Origin: Trichinella spiralis
Taxonomy: Eukaryota
Length of the DNA stretch: 64,000 nt
Direction: 5' to 3'
Assembly (NCBI RefSeq): GCF_000181795.1
Contig: NW_003526943.1
Coordinates: 2,489,666 to 2,553,665 of the forward strand
A model generated the notes under the pieces. That model made no database searches. It was not told the DNA's origin and saw only the letters and a list, made by a program, of their open reading frames with translations. Positions 1 through 11,948 of the stretch are shown here, in pieces. Position 1 is the stretch's first letter. Each line of letters begins with the position of its first letter. Made by a program: the position numbers and the translations under genes.

Positions 1-843
1 TGCTTTCCGATGCCGAACTTCTTTCCTGTTGTACATCATGCGGTTATGGGTAACTGGGCAAACGTTTTTTTGTTTTCAAAATTGTCAAATTGTATTTATT
101 TTTATTTTAATTTTTTTAGTTGTAACGGTGGATATCCTCAGAGAACTTTCAAATATTGGGTGTACAGCGGTATGCCAACTGGTGGACCGTACGGCTCGAA
201 TGACACCTGCAAACCATACCCAATTCCACCCTGCAGTAACTGCTCTGAAACAAGGACTCCAAAATGTTCCAAAAGTTGCATCTCCACTTATCCACTTTCT
301 TTGAATGAAGATCGACATTATGGTAAATTATTTCAGGCCTGTTTTTTTCTTGAAAAAATACAGAAATATGATAATTTCAGGAAGCACATATTATCAATTT
401 TGGCTTGGTGAAAAATCAATGATGAAAGATATTTCACTATACGGACCCATTGTTGCAGGAATGTCAGTTTATGAAGACTTTTTGCATTACAAAGAAGGTA
501 AAATTAATTGCAATTCAGAATTTTTATTTTTGTTTTAAATAATGCAAATTTATCTTCACAAAGGTGTTTATACACAAGAGAGTGGAATTTTTCTGGGAGG
601 CCACGCCGTAAGAATTATTGGATGGGGTGAACAAGACAACATTCCGTATTGGCTTGTAGCCAACTCATGGAATACTACATTTGGTGAAGACGGTAAAAAT
701 GATTATTTTATTTTATTTTATTGTTTATATGCAATTTAAAAGATGAAAAAACATCTTTTTTTCCAGGATTATTCAAAATAAGAAGAGGCTTTGACGAATG
801 TGGCATTGAGTCGTATGTGAGTGCTGGACGTGCAAAAGTATAA
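1..843 (+). CDS. Cathepsin B-like cysteine protease (papain C1A), 3' part only; exons approx. <1-49, 120-322, 381-497, 564-691, 768-843
   Basis: Spliced translation LSDAELLSCCTSCGYG/CNGGYP...CKPYPIPPC...GPIVAGMSVYEDFLHYKEG/VYTQESGIFLGGHAVRIIGWG...YWLVANSWNTTFGEDG/LFKIRRGFDECGIESYVSAG. The catalytic His (GGHAV) and Asn (ANSW) are present, introns are GT-AG, and the stop TAA is at 841-843. Confidence 0.95.
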
Positions 844-2355
844 TTTTAACTTGCGATATTTATTGGCATATAATTTTGCTTTTGTTTATATGAAAAAAGT
901 TGCTGAATGAAATTTATTTCTAATTTCAAATAATTGAATGCTATTTTATTTCATTTACGTTTACTGATGCCAGTTTGGTAGTTTGAAGTTTAATTCATTG
1001 CAGGTGTTTTAGTGAAAATAAAAAATTTTTTAGTGTAAGCAGAACATCAGTAATAACTTTAACAGTTTTAAATATAAAATATCCATTGAAAATTAACCTA
1101 TAAAGTTGTTTAAAAATTGAATTTAATTTTCATTTAAATAGCACGTAAATATTTAATTACAATATGATATTTATTCAAAACAAAAGCAAAAAACCGTGAA
1201 ATGCAAATAAATATATATTGAGCAATTTTAAGTAATGAAAAAGTCTCGTGTTCAATGAAAAATGTTTTTAATTTATAAAACTCAAAATATTTTTTGAAAA
1301 ATAGATAATTTTTGCTAATTTATTTATTAAATGATATTTAAATTTCAAAACTAACATCAATTGCAATCAAATGATTTCATATTACTGAAAAATATTGCAA
1401 CAAACAATCAATATATGTTAAAAAATTAATATATTAATGTACATTACAACTGGTGAATATTTAAAAAGTAACTTCAGCAGCAGATATATATTAGAATTAA
1501 AAAAATTTTGAATTGAAATCAAAGCAACAAAATTATTTATTTGAAAGCCAAAGAAATTTGATGAAATGTTGAAGAAATGGACCGTACAGTATTTTATTGA
1601 CGCGAACAATTTAATACCCTAATCAGTTCTCATGTTTCAGCCATGTGTATGGTGTTCCAAATGCTTCTTTATCTTGCCAGGAAATATTCTTTTGAGTAAA
1701 TTTCAACGCCCACTTACACTGTCACCAATTATTTCCTGCATGTTCTGCAAACAGTGTAAATAACCACGCCAAATTCAACGAAAATCAATCACTTGTCACG
1801 CATAGGAAAATTATTTAAAATGAATTAAGCTACATTCGCCTTTTCATTCTCGATAGTATTCATTTATTGGTATAGTGAACAGTTCACTAGCAGAAAGAAT
1901 TACTCAATTTTATCTTTTTTCATCAGAATAATTGTTTAAATCAAATATCATGTAAGTAAATCTTCATAGTTTTAATTTTACATAAAATTATAATTTATTA
2001 ATTGTATATTAACTTTATTTATGTGTTTCAAATATGTTGAGCTTGTAAAGTTATCACATTGTATTAATTTTAAATCTTTATTAGTTTATTTATTACTTTC
2101 AAAATTTATTTCTTTCTAGCGTTACGAATACTTTTTGTTCTGCGATCAGTTAACAAGCAAAAAATTTGTAATCGATTTTCATTATTAAATGTAAAATTTT
2201 TAATGTGCATGCAAATTAAAGTTTAAAGCCATTATAATCAATCTTTAAATTATGTAAAATTTTTGTAAATTATAAATTTGTAATTTTATAAATGCAAATG
2301 CAAACGATGCATATATTTGAAATAAATGTTACCATAATTTTTTGTTTCAAGTAAA

Positions 2356-4874
2356 ATGGATGCAGAAGAGTTTCGCAAGTGGGGAAAGAAAATGATTGAC
2401 TTTGTCGCCGACTATTGGATTAATTTACCAAGTCGTACTCCAATGTCAGATGTCAAGCCAGGATATTTGCGAAGTCTTTTACCCGAAGAAGCTCCAATGG
2501 ATCCAGACAGTTGGGAAAATATATTTTCTGATATAGAAAATGTCATTCTTCAAGGAGTATGCTTGTTTATCAATAAACAACACCCAATACATTTTATATA
2601 TTACATTCAGACCACTCATTGGCACCATCCTCTTTTTTTTGCTTATTATCCAACTGGAAACAGTTATCCAGCAATTCTAGGTGATATACTGTCGGCTGGA
2701 ATTGGATGCATCGGTTTTACATGGGTATCTGTTTAACTATAAATTTACCAATGTTTAAATCATAAATTAAATTTTTAATCATTACTGTTAGGTTAATTTC
2801 ATATTTAAGTAAATAGCAACAGTCTGAATAGAATTTAGGATTAAGAAATCATTTTGAAATTAAAATGATATTTAAGAATATATGTATTTATTTTTGAAAT
2901 ATTGAGATTATTTTCAAGAAATTTTCAGAATTTAGAAAATTCTTTTCAATATTTATAACAACTCAAATATATATTGCAGAACTCTAGTCCTGCTTGTACT
3001 GAACTCGAAATGGTCATGATGGATTGGCTTGCGAAACTTTTAAAACTGCCTGAATATTTTTTATATTCTCATTCTGGACCAGGAGCTGGAATGATCCAAG
3101 TATTAAAATTTTTGCATTTTCACTTACCATATAATAATAATGTTCATCAAGGGTACTGCAAGTGAATGTGTGCTATTTTCCATGCTGGCAGCAAGAAACA
3201 AAACATGTAAAAAATATGAAAGTGAAAACAAGCAATATCATATATGTGAGAAGGACTTAATTGCTTACTGCTCTGATCAAGTATGTGTGTGTGTTTTTAT
3301 AATTTATCTGTTAGCTAAAAGTTTTATATATGTTATACATTATCTAATGTATAACAAACCGTATTTAATCATTATAAGTTTAGAAGTTTAGAAAATTTTA
3401 TTAATTTATGAACAGTTTTTTCTTTTCCAATCCTGACAGTTTTTTTGAGATTTGTAAAATCTGGCTAATCATAATTTAAAGCTTGCACATATACATCTAC
3501 AAAATAAAAGAAATTTTTAAAAAGAATTGATTTCGAGAAGATGCTAGCCTAGATGGTGATACTGTTTGAAAATCATTTGTTTAAATAAAGCTGATGCAAA
3601 GAATATTTGATTCGTTTAAGGCCCATTCCTCTGTAGAAAGAGCCGCAATGTTGGCGCATGTTCAAATTAGAAAAGTTCCCTCTGATGAGAATTATCGTAT
3701 GACAAGAGTCGCTTTGCAGGCGGTGATTGAAAATGACATCAACGCAGGATTTATTCCTTTTTTTGTTAATACTAATTTTTTGTTAAAAAATTAAAAAAAC
3801 ACTTAATGAAAATTGTTTAAGGTCTGTGCAACATTGGGCACAACGAACTCTTGTGCATTCGACTGTTTAACAGAGATTGGTTTGCTATGCAAAGAAAAAG
3901 AAATTTGGTTGCATATTGATGCTGCCTACGCTGGCAGTGCATTCATTTGTCCAGAATATCGTCATTTACTTGATGGAATTGAAGTAATCAGAAGTTGGAT
4001 TTGTAATATCAAAAATACATATTCATAAAAACATCTCATTTTAAGTATGCAGATACGTTCAATTTCAATCCACACAAAGCGTTAATGATCAATTTTGATT
4101 GTTCAGCAATGTGGTATAATAATTTAAATTAAATTTTTTACTTCAAAAATTTCATCAATTTTAATATAGGTTCAAAAATGTACTTGAAATTGAAAATGCA
4201 TATTATGTGAATCCGCAATATTTGAAACACGAACATCAAAATATGATTCCTGATTTTCGGGTAAAAGCAATAGTGATTTCAAACATTTCTTCAACAATCA
4301 CTTTTAGAACTGGCAAATTCCATTGGGTCGTCGATTTCGATCATTAAAACTTTGGCTTACTTTCAGAGCTCTCGGCGTCGGATTCCTGCAAGAAAACATT
4401 AGAAAAGTAAAATAAAACATTTTTATAATTCTTAAATAATTTTAATATGCAACATCTTTAGATGTGTCGTCTTGCAAAAGAATTTGCAGATTTTGTAGTT
4501 AAAGATGAACGTTTTGAATTGGTTGCTCCAGTTATTTTAGGATTAGTCTGCTTTAGACTCAAGGTAAATGCGATAAAAGCAATTTTTATTAATATTTACA
4601 TTGTGCAATTCATAGATATTTAACTATCATTAGAATGAAAAGACATTTCAGGTGACAGTAATTAAAAGAACAATTTTAGGATACAAATGAAGTAAATGAA
4701 AAGCTATACCAAATGATCAACAACCAACGAAGAATTCATGTTGTATCTTCAGTTTTAAGAAATGTGTTTGTATTACGAATTTCAATTTCTTCTGCTTTAA
4801 CTGAAATTGCAGACATCCACTTTGCATGGAAAGTAATCTCAGCTAGCGCGACAAAGCTTCTCGCTTCTTACTAA
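2356..4874 (+). CDS. DDC: Aromatic-L-amino-acid (DOPA) decarboxylase, group II PLP-dependent; multi-exon
   Basis: N-terminus [20 protein letters not shown]; motifs [41 protein letters not shown] lysine motif FNFNPHK, YLKH and [14 protein letters not shown]. Gly in PLGRR is DDC-like rather than the Ser of HDC/TDC. Stop TAA 4872-4874. Confidence 0.9.
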
Positions 4875-5269
4875 ATAAAATCAGCTTTGCGCCAAATTTC
4901 AAAGAGCACTATGTTAAACTGCACATAATTTTTCATTCTATAAAAATGATGGCATAGAAAATAAAAAACAAAAGCCGTCACATCATATAAATGTAGATTA
5001 TTAGAAAAAATGTACAACAAAATAAAAAAAATAAAAATATTTTTCGTCTTGAATATTATAATAAAACTGCATGCAATAATCATTTGAAACTATGAATTTA
5101 TCATACAAATGACAATATTTTATCATTGATATGTATAGCAAACTTTCATTTAAAAAATAACTAAATTTATTTAATATTTTTACTATTTCTAATTAATAAT
5201 GATAAACTATAATGATAACAATAACAACGCATGATTGATATAAAACGGTGGTGAAGGTTGAAGTGTATG

Positions 5270-5490
5270 TTCGCTCCAGTGTGTGCAGAGAAAGCGCTGC
5301 AGAGGGAGTTGTCGTTGCTGAGCGTGGCTAGTGTCTGTTGTGCTGGGGACTTCGATTGCTGTGTTTAGGCGTTTGTTTGTGTCTTTCATTAAGTAAACGG
5401 TGTGATCTGTTAGCTGAGTTTTGCTTGAACAGCATTCGTCGGTGAAAGCAAACAATCGCGATCGGAAGTTATACTCACTCTGTCGATCCC
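5270..5490 (+). ncRNA. Candidate structured non-coding RNA, family unidentified
   Basis: About 49% GC island (107 G/C in 5271-5490 by hand count) in very AT-rich intergenic DNA, with TATAAAA at 5239-5245. Three hairpin domains with many G-U pairs form on the + strand. No credible ORF. Confidence 0.5.
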
Positions 5491-5964
5491 AAAATAATGC
5501 AATCCACTCAACTCGAAGGCAACCAAGTTTTGTCGCAAAAAATAATAAAATTATTAATATTATTTATATGATTGTTATTCACTAAAATTTATAAGCAAAA
5601 ACAATTTCCCTGATGTTATATTTAATTAATTGCTGCACTGTAAATTTACTCTTGATTTTACTTTTATGTATTACAGTATCAGGATATTGTTTACGATGTT
5701 TATTTCATTGATGTTTTAAATATGGGAGGAAGGATACTTATATAGACTGACTTTTATTACACTTTTAGATTTATTAACTTTATATTAACTCAGATTAATC
5801 TAAAACTGTAAATTAAATTATGTATTTGATGCGTGATGGATTTAACTTAATATGAGAATTTTTAATGTTACTGATATATGAGTAGAATTTTATTGAATTA
5901 CCAATGTATAATAATAATTTGATTAACTTTTATTTTAAGCATTTTGCTTGCATTAAAGTAAAAA

Positions 5965-6929
5965 ATGGACGAAAGCGACAGTGCTTCTGTGAGTTCTTCA
6001 CAGACCCGCGATTCCAGCGGTATTTTGCGTACCAAAATTGCACTTGGTCGAAAACCTTCTGTTATTATGCCATTTTATATGATGAAAAATGAGCTGCCAA
6101 GTAAGCTTTTCGCGTGATAAATTTATTTGCCTTTAAACTTTAGCCTTTAGGTCCCAGTCCTATTACTGGTAGCATGAATTTGTTGTCTTATTATGGTCTG
6201 GATCATGCGTTCAACAAGTTTTGCAATAATAAAAAGCTTAAAGAAGAATTGAGCGCATTTCTACCTAATCTCCCTGGTAACATTGACACCCCTGCCCAGA
6301 AAGACGGAAGGCAAATTTGTTCAAATTTCGTCAGCAGACATTTTTCAAATTGTAAATATGGATTTTTTTAAAATTTAGTTCGTTGCGACAGCTTTTCGAA
6401 AAGCCTCCAATATGTGGAAAAGAAATTTTGCCATTGAGCAACAGCGATTTAGCCGGTTTTCGTCTTCTACCTGGCTCAGTAGGAAATTGCATTTTGATTT
6501 CAGAGTGAAATTTCGCATATTATCTTGGGTGATTTTTTTAAAGATACCTGAAGAATATCAGCTGTGGAATGTCGGTGCTGAGATTGTAAACGATAAGAAG
6601 AAACGTAAGCGGAAGCATGAACTGTTATCCGCTGGTGAGTCTGCGGAAGATGATGTGGAGAAACGGCTGAAGCGAATGAAAAAAGAGGAAGAGAAGAAAG
6701 AGAAAAAGAAGAAAAAGAAAGATAAAAAGAAAAAGGTATGTAAATTAAACTTCTTTGTTAACTGACTAATGGATCAAAAAAATCTTTTATTGAAAAATAA
6801 TATACAGTTAAGTTCTTGCATTTTTATATTTTTCAGTTATGAATTCTTTTCTTTTAGAAAATGATGGAAAGCGAACCTGTTTATTCAGCACCTGTGATTT
6901 CTCAAGCGTCCGATTTTTTGGATTTTTGA
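5965..6929 (+). CDS. MED19: Mediator of RNA polymerase II transcription subunit 19; 5 exons
   Basis: PFYMMK...TGSMNLLSYYGLDHAFNKFC..KKLKEELSAFLPNLPGNIDTP...SSLRQLFEKPPI...LAGFRLLPG, followed by a Lys-rich tail (KKEKKKKKKDKKK), all typical of Med19. Stop TGA 6927-6929. Confidence 0.92.
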
Positions 6930-7780
6930 AAGTATTAATTTTTTGTCAAAATTCAGCCATTACTGAACACTGCATTGTATATTATAAAACTAATTTTCTG
7001 TGATCGTTTGAATATTTGATGTTTTCAGTTGTTTGCGTGTTATTTATATTTGTAAATAATAAATTTTATTTTTTTGATAAAACATATTGAGAATGTTATT
7101 TATAAGATGAGCGAATGTGACTTGTGCTGCTATTGTTGTAAGCCCTGGTTTGCCACAATCTGACTAAACGTGCGTGCACCTGCAAATTTAGTGTTGTTGT
7201 TACACTATTCTCCTAAGAATGCAACACTAAACTGATAGTTACATATTGACATTTGTTCTTATGAAAAGCAGATCAATTGCAAATTAATGCAAATGTGACT
7301 GTAAGTAAACAAGTGATATTTGTAAAGTAAGCTTAAAAAGTGATTAGCACAAAAAGTATCCGTAATGGATTGATTGGTTTGTCGGAAGAATAAAATTAAT
7401 TTTGGGAAACGTTTGATAACTTCAGATGCTATTTTTTGCGCAGTTCATGGAACAAGTTCAATCTTGATAACTATGGAAAAGATAAATGGGACAAGATAAA
7501 AATTTTGATTAATCTAAGAAAGAATGACAAGTTTTTATTGTTGAAAAATGTTTGACAAATGTCCACATGCTAACTTGTATAGAAGCGCATTTGAAGTTCA
7601 ACTGCCATCACTGCTGCTGCTGCTGCTGTTGTTTTAACAAGCTTTCAAAATTGAACGTAGTAGTGATAAAAAAATATGAAAGCAAGAAGCTTCGAGCAAA
7701 ATGATTATTGAACTTGTTTTTTAATTTTATCATTTAATTAAATTTAAAGCTAAATTCAACATGCTTCGTTGTAGATCATC

Positions 7781-9611
7781 ATGTCGCCTACACTGTTCCT
7801 CTGCGTTTGCGTGATTTCCCTTTCATGTTTTCATGAATTAGTGTTTGCAGATCCAACTCCTGTGGTGATGTGGCATGGGATGGGTAAACGTTTTTATTCA
7901 AAAAAAGCAGTTCACAGGTTAATTTGCATATTAAACATTTTTGTTCAGGCGATTCTTGCTGCAATGTTGGCGGCCTGGGAGCAATAATAAGCGTGTTGCA
8001 AAGAGAAATACCTGGAATATATGTATTATCATTACGTTTTGGAAAGTCCGCCACAGAAGATATAGAAAACAGTTACTTTGGTAACATTAACAAGCAGGCA
8101 TGCTCTGGATAGCTTGTTTTTTTATCTTTGCTTTCTGAATTTTGTTTATTCAGGTTACTGATGCGTGCAATCAAATTGCCAACGACGAACATTTGCAAAA
8201 TGGCTATCATGCGATTGGGTTTTCCCAGGGATCACAATTTTTGTAATATTTTTCATGCGTGCAATTTTAAATTTAAACGAAATGTAAAAAATTACTTTCT
8301 AGAAGAGCTGTGGCTCAACGCTGTCCATCACCACCAATGAAAAATTTCATCTCCATTGGAGGGCAGCATCAAGGTAGACGCTAATTTTCAACTGTTCATT
8401 TTTACAGAATTGCAATTCTAAGGTGTGTTTGGACTTCCTCGTTGTCATGGTTCAAAACTCTGCAATTTCGCAAGAATGCTGCTTAATTATGGGGCTTATG
8501 TGCAGTAAGGGGAATTTTTTTAATTACTTTTGGAAGAAATATTTTTCATAAAATACATAAATTTTAGATTCGTCCAAAAGAAGTGAGACCGTTTTTCCAT
8601 CCATGTTTCATGCATGAGCAAACATTAAAATACAACAATCAACATAATCATCATTTGCTATTCTGATTTTTTAAATTTCAACATAATCTAATTAATTTTT
8701 ACCTCAGTCTTCCTATTTATAAGCGTAAAGCTTCAATTATTAGTATGTCAGTTGTGAACATTTCAGTGTGATTCAAGCGCAATACTGGCATAATCCGTTG
8801 GATGAAAATACTTATCGTGATAAAAGTATTTTTCTTGCTGAAATAAACAACGAAAAGGTAATATTATTATAATTTTGAATTGACATTAATAAATCGAATC
8901 CGGGATTGCTTTCTGCGTAATGTTATAAAACGGTAACCGTTTACTATTTGCAGCATAAAGTTTAATTTTTTCCATTAAGTATCATAAAACTGAAGAAAAA
9001 GTTGAACAACTGAAATATTGAAGGTGCAATAATTGACTGAGTGTTTATGGAGTTGTGTTTTATAATAAATTTGGTGATATATTAAATGAGTTTTGTTTAT
9101 TTTAACTATTAAATGTTTTATAAATTTAAATGTTTTAAAAATTCTTTTTGAAATAACTCATTTCAATTTTTGGTAGTGCTTAATATCTCATGTGTTCAGG
9201 TTTTAAACCAAACATACATAGAGAACTTGCAAAAGTTGCAAAACATGGTTTTGATCAAATTTACTCGAGATTCAATGGTTGTACCCCCAGAATCATCAGT
9301 AAGCAATTTTCATTTTCAATTTAAAACTCAAATTTTAATGATCTGTATATTCGCATGTTTAGTGGTTCGGATTTTATGCACCTGGACAAGCGGTAGATGT
9401 TATTCCATTGCAAGAGACTGAACTTTACAAAAATGTATAACTACTGCATTTTCATCATGCATTTAAAGAAAATTCCCCACTTTAGGATCGACTTGGTCTG
9501 CTTCAGATGGAGAAAGATGGAAAGTTGCACTTCTTGAAAACTGATGGTGACCATTTGGAATTTACAGAAAAATATTTTATCTCTAAAATTATGAACAAAT
9601 TCATCAAATAG
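7781..9611 (+). CDS. PPT1: Palmitoyl-protein thioesterase 1 (lysosomal, signal peptide); multi-exon
   Basis: Signal peptide, then [15 protein letters not shown], nucleophile motif [42 protein letters not shown] (catalytic Asp), DRLGL and GDHLEF (catalytic His). Stop TAG 9609-9611. Confidence 0.95.
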
Positions 9612-11948
9612 TATTTTTGATGCAGACTTTGCAGAAATGAAAGTTTAAAGTAGTAACATAAAATGTAAATCAACTGTATCGGCATCATACTAAATTAAAC
9701 ACTGCTTTTTACTGTGTTTTTTACTTTAGGTGAAATGCTACAGTCGTTATTAGCAGAAGAAATTTAGTATTCTCAGTTTATTGAAAATCATTCGAGTAAA
9801 ATTTGCAAATACCGATGCAAAATGGATTAGCTTTTTAAATGATTAATAATTTAATTCAATATGTGAAATTAAAACAATTTGTTTTAATTCTATTGAATAT
9901 GAAATTATTAGTAACATTTACTATTTGTCTCCTGAAATGATTGAGCATTTGTTTTGCAAGCAATTCTTAATATGATGGAGAACAGTTTAAAATTTGAACA
10001 AAAAAGTATTTTTAGTCATTGGAGTTAGATTTCATTTACAAAATTAAACATTGTACACACACCATTTTTATAAAACAGTTTTATCAACATTGAATTTGTC
10101 AAAATTGTTTAATTACTGTTGAAATATAATCAACTATCACAAAGTATCAGTATATTTACGAAAATAAAAAAAATTCTTTGCTAATGTACATTGGAGTGGA
10201 TGAATAACATTAAAACATCATTTTGTGACAAATTAAATTTCATGACAGTGACATGCGATAAGATTTTAGGAAATCTGTTAAAACATTAAAAAAATATTTT
10301 TTATTACTTTGATACGCTATAAAGGTGGCAGAAGATTTAATGACAACATGAGCACTGGTGATTCAACTTATTTACCTACTTGAGGTACTTTTCCTACGTC
10401 CTGTTTTTCAAATAATTTCTTTACTTTCTTGTTTAAAATTTGTTGAAAATAATTTTTTAATTTATTTCAAACACAATTAATTCAGCCGTGATTATTGATG
10501 CTTTACATTTGAAGCAGAATTTCAAATGAATTTTAAATGCTTGCAAAGTTGTTTAAAATAAACAGCAATAAAGCTGTCATTCTCACATTCTGATTATCGT
10601 ACTTCTTAAATTTTAAGTAAATATTTGATTTCTGGTATATTATTGACAACTAAACTGATAAGATTGTAAGTTTAAGAAAAGATTCAATTTATTTCTAAAA
10701 AAATATATTTATATTTTTTACTTTACTATCAAAAATATACACAATATAACTTGCATTTACTTTTTCGCCTTTTTTAATTTTTGATCAACAGTTCTAAAAT
10801 TTTCTCACTGTTTGCGATAGGATTTGAACATTGCTTTAAATTACAGCTTTGAAAATTTACATATTTTTAAAATTGCTTAATTTGTTTTCATACTTGAATT
10901 AATATTTATAGCAACAACTGCTCAAAGGCAATGTTTACTTCATTTAATGAATTGCCTATTTAAAAAAGAATGTAATTTGAATGTAAAATTAAAACAAAAA
11001 ATTTTGAAACATTTCTCGACACTGGATTAGTTGCATGTTACCAGTGAAACATGAATAATGTCATGAATGTACCAATGCTGACATGCTTCAAATATGGGAG
11101 CATAGTATTCTAATAAAAATTATATTTGAAAACAATTTTGCTACAGTTAAGAAGTAAAAAAATTACCATTAAATTGTATTGTTGTAATTAATAAGCAGAA
11201 CAAATTCATCAAATGTCATACACTAGCAGTTGATGCCTTCTTAAAGCGGTTGCCGCATCAACGAATGGGTGATGTTTTTTTCCCTTATTACCTTGGTTGT
11301 TTTGAATAAATTTGCTAAAAATTAATAATTCGTCATCAAAGACACAACAATGAAAGCACAAGCAGCATGTCAGAACAAAAGCGGAAATGAAGGCAAAAAA
11401 TTGCTTGACCTCGAACAAGGCTAGTAAATAAACTCTGCTGAAGCGTCATTTCATTGTTAGCTGAAATTGTTGCCACTAGTTCATTAATAAAGTGAGTAAT
11501 AGAAAAGCGCCTCCTAGGTAAGCAAGTATATTTGTGTATGCCTCTGTGTGGTATGCGGTAAGTGATATGTGATGAGTGTGTGCGCGTGTGTGCAGATGCT
11601 AAAGTATGTGATTGTGCATTAAATGCGTGTGTATAGGAGGTATGTGCGCTATAAAGACTCTCTCGGGCGAGGCAGACGCGCCATGGAAAATTTTAATCAA
11701 TTTGTTTGTGAATAAACAGACCAAACCAAGTGTCACTTTATTCACTTTGTGACGTTGTCTGGGCTTTTTGCGAATTCGAATCATCGTAAAAATCAACAAC
11801 GTTTGGCCATTCTGGCAACTGACCCTAAACGAAGAGGTGAAAGAGGAGACAGCAATCTCAGCGCGCTTCCTTGGCGCCGGCCAGCAGCCGTGCTTCATCT
11901 GACATGTGAGCCAAAATGCCTACCCTGCCCCGTTGACCAAACAACAAC

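Noticed and set aside
2725..2980. DDC intron starting GTATCT as a possible U12-type intron
   Set aside because: It does not match the GTATCCTT donor consensus and has no TCCTTAAC branch site.
5270..5355. Minus-strand GAAGTCCCC resembling RNase MRP CR-I
   Set aside because: No matching GGGGC CR-V partner at a suitable distance, and the G-U pairing favours the opposite strand.
5363..5372. TTAGGC nematode telomeric hexamer as a possible telomerase RNA template
   Set aside because: Only one repeat with no extra alignment bases, and it is the wrong sense on the structured strand; expected by chance.
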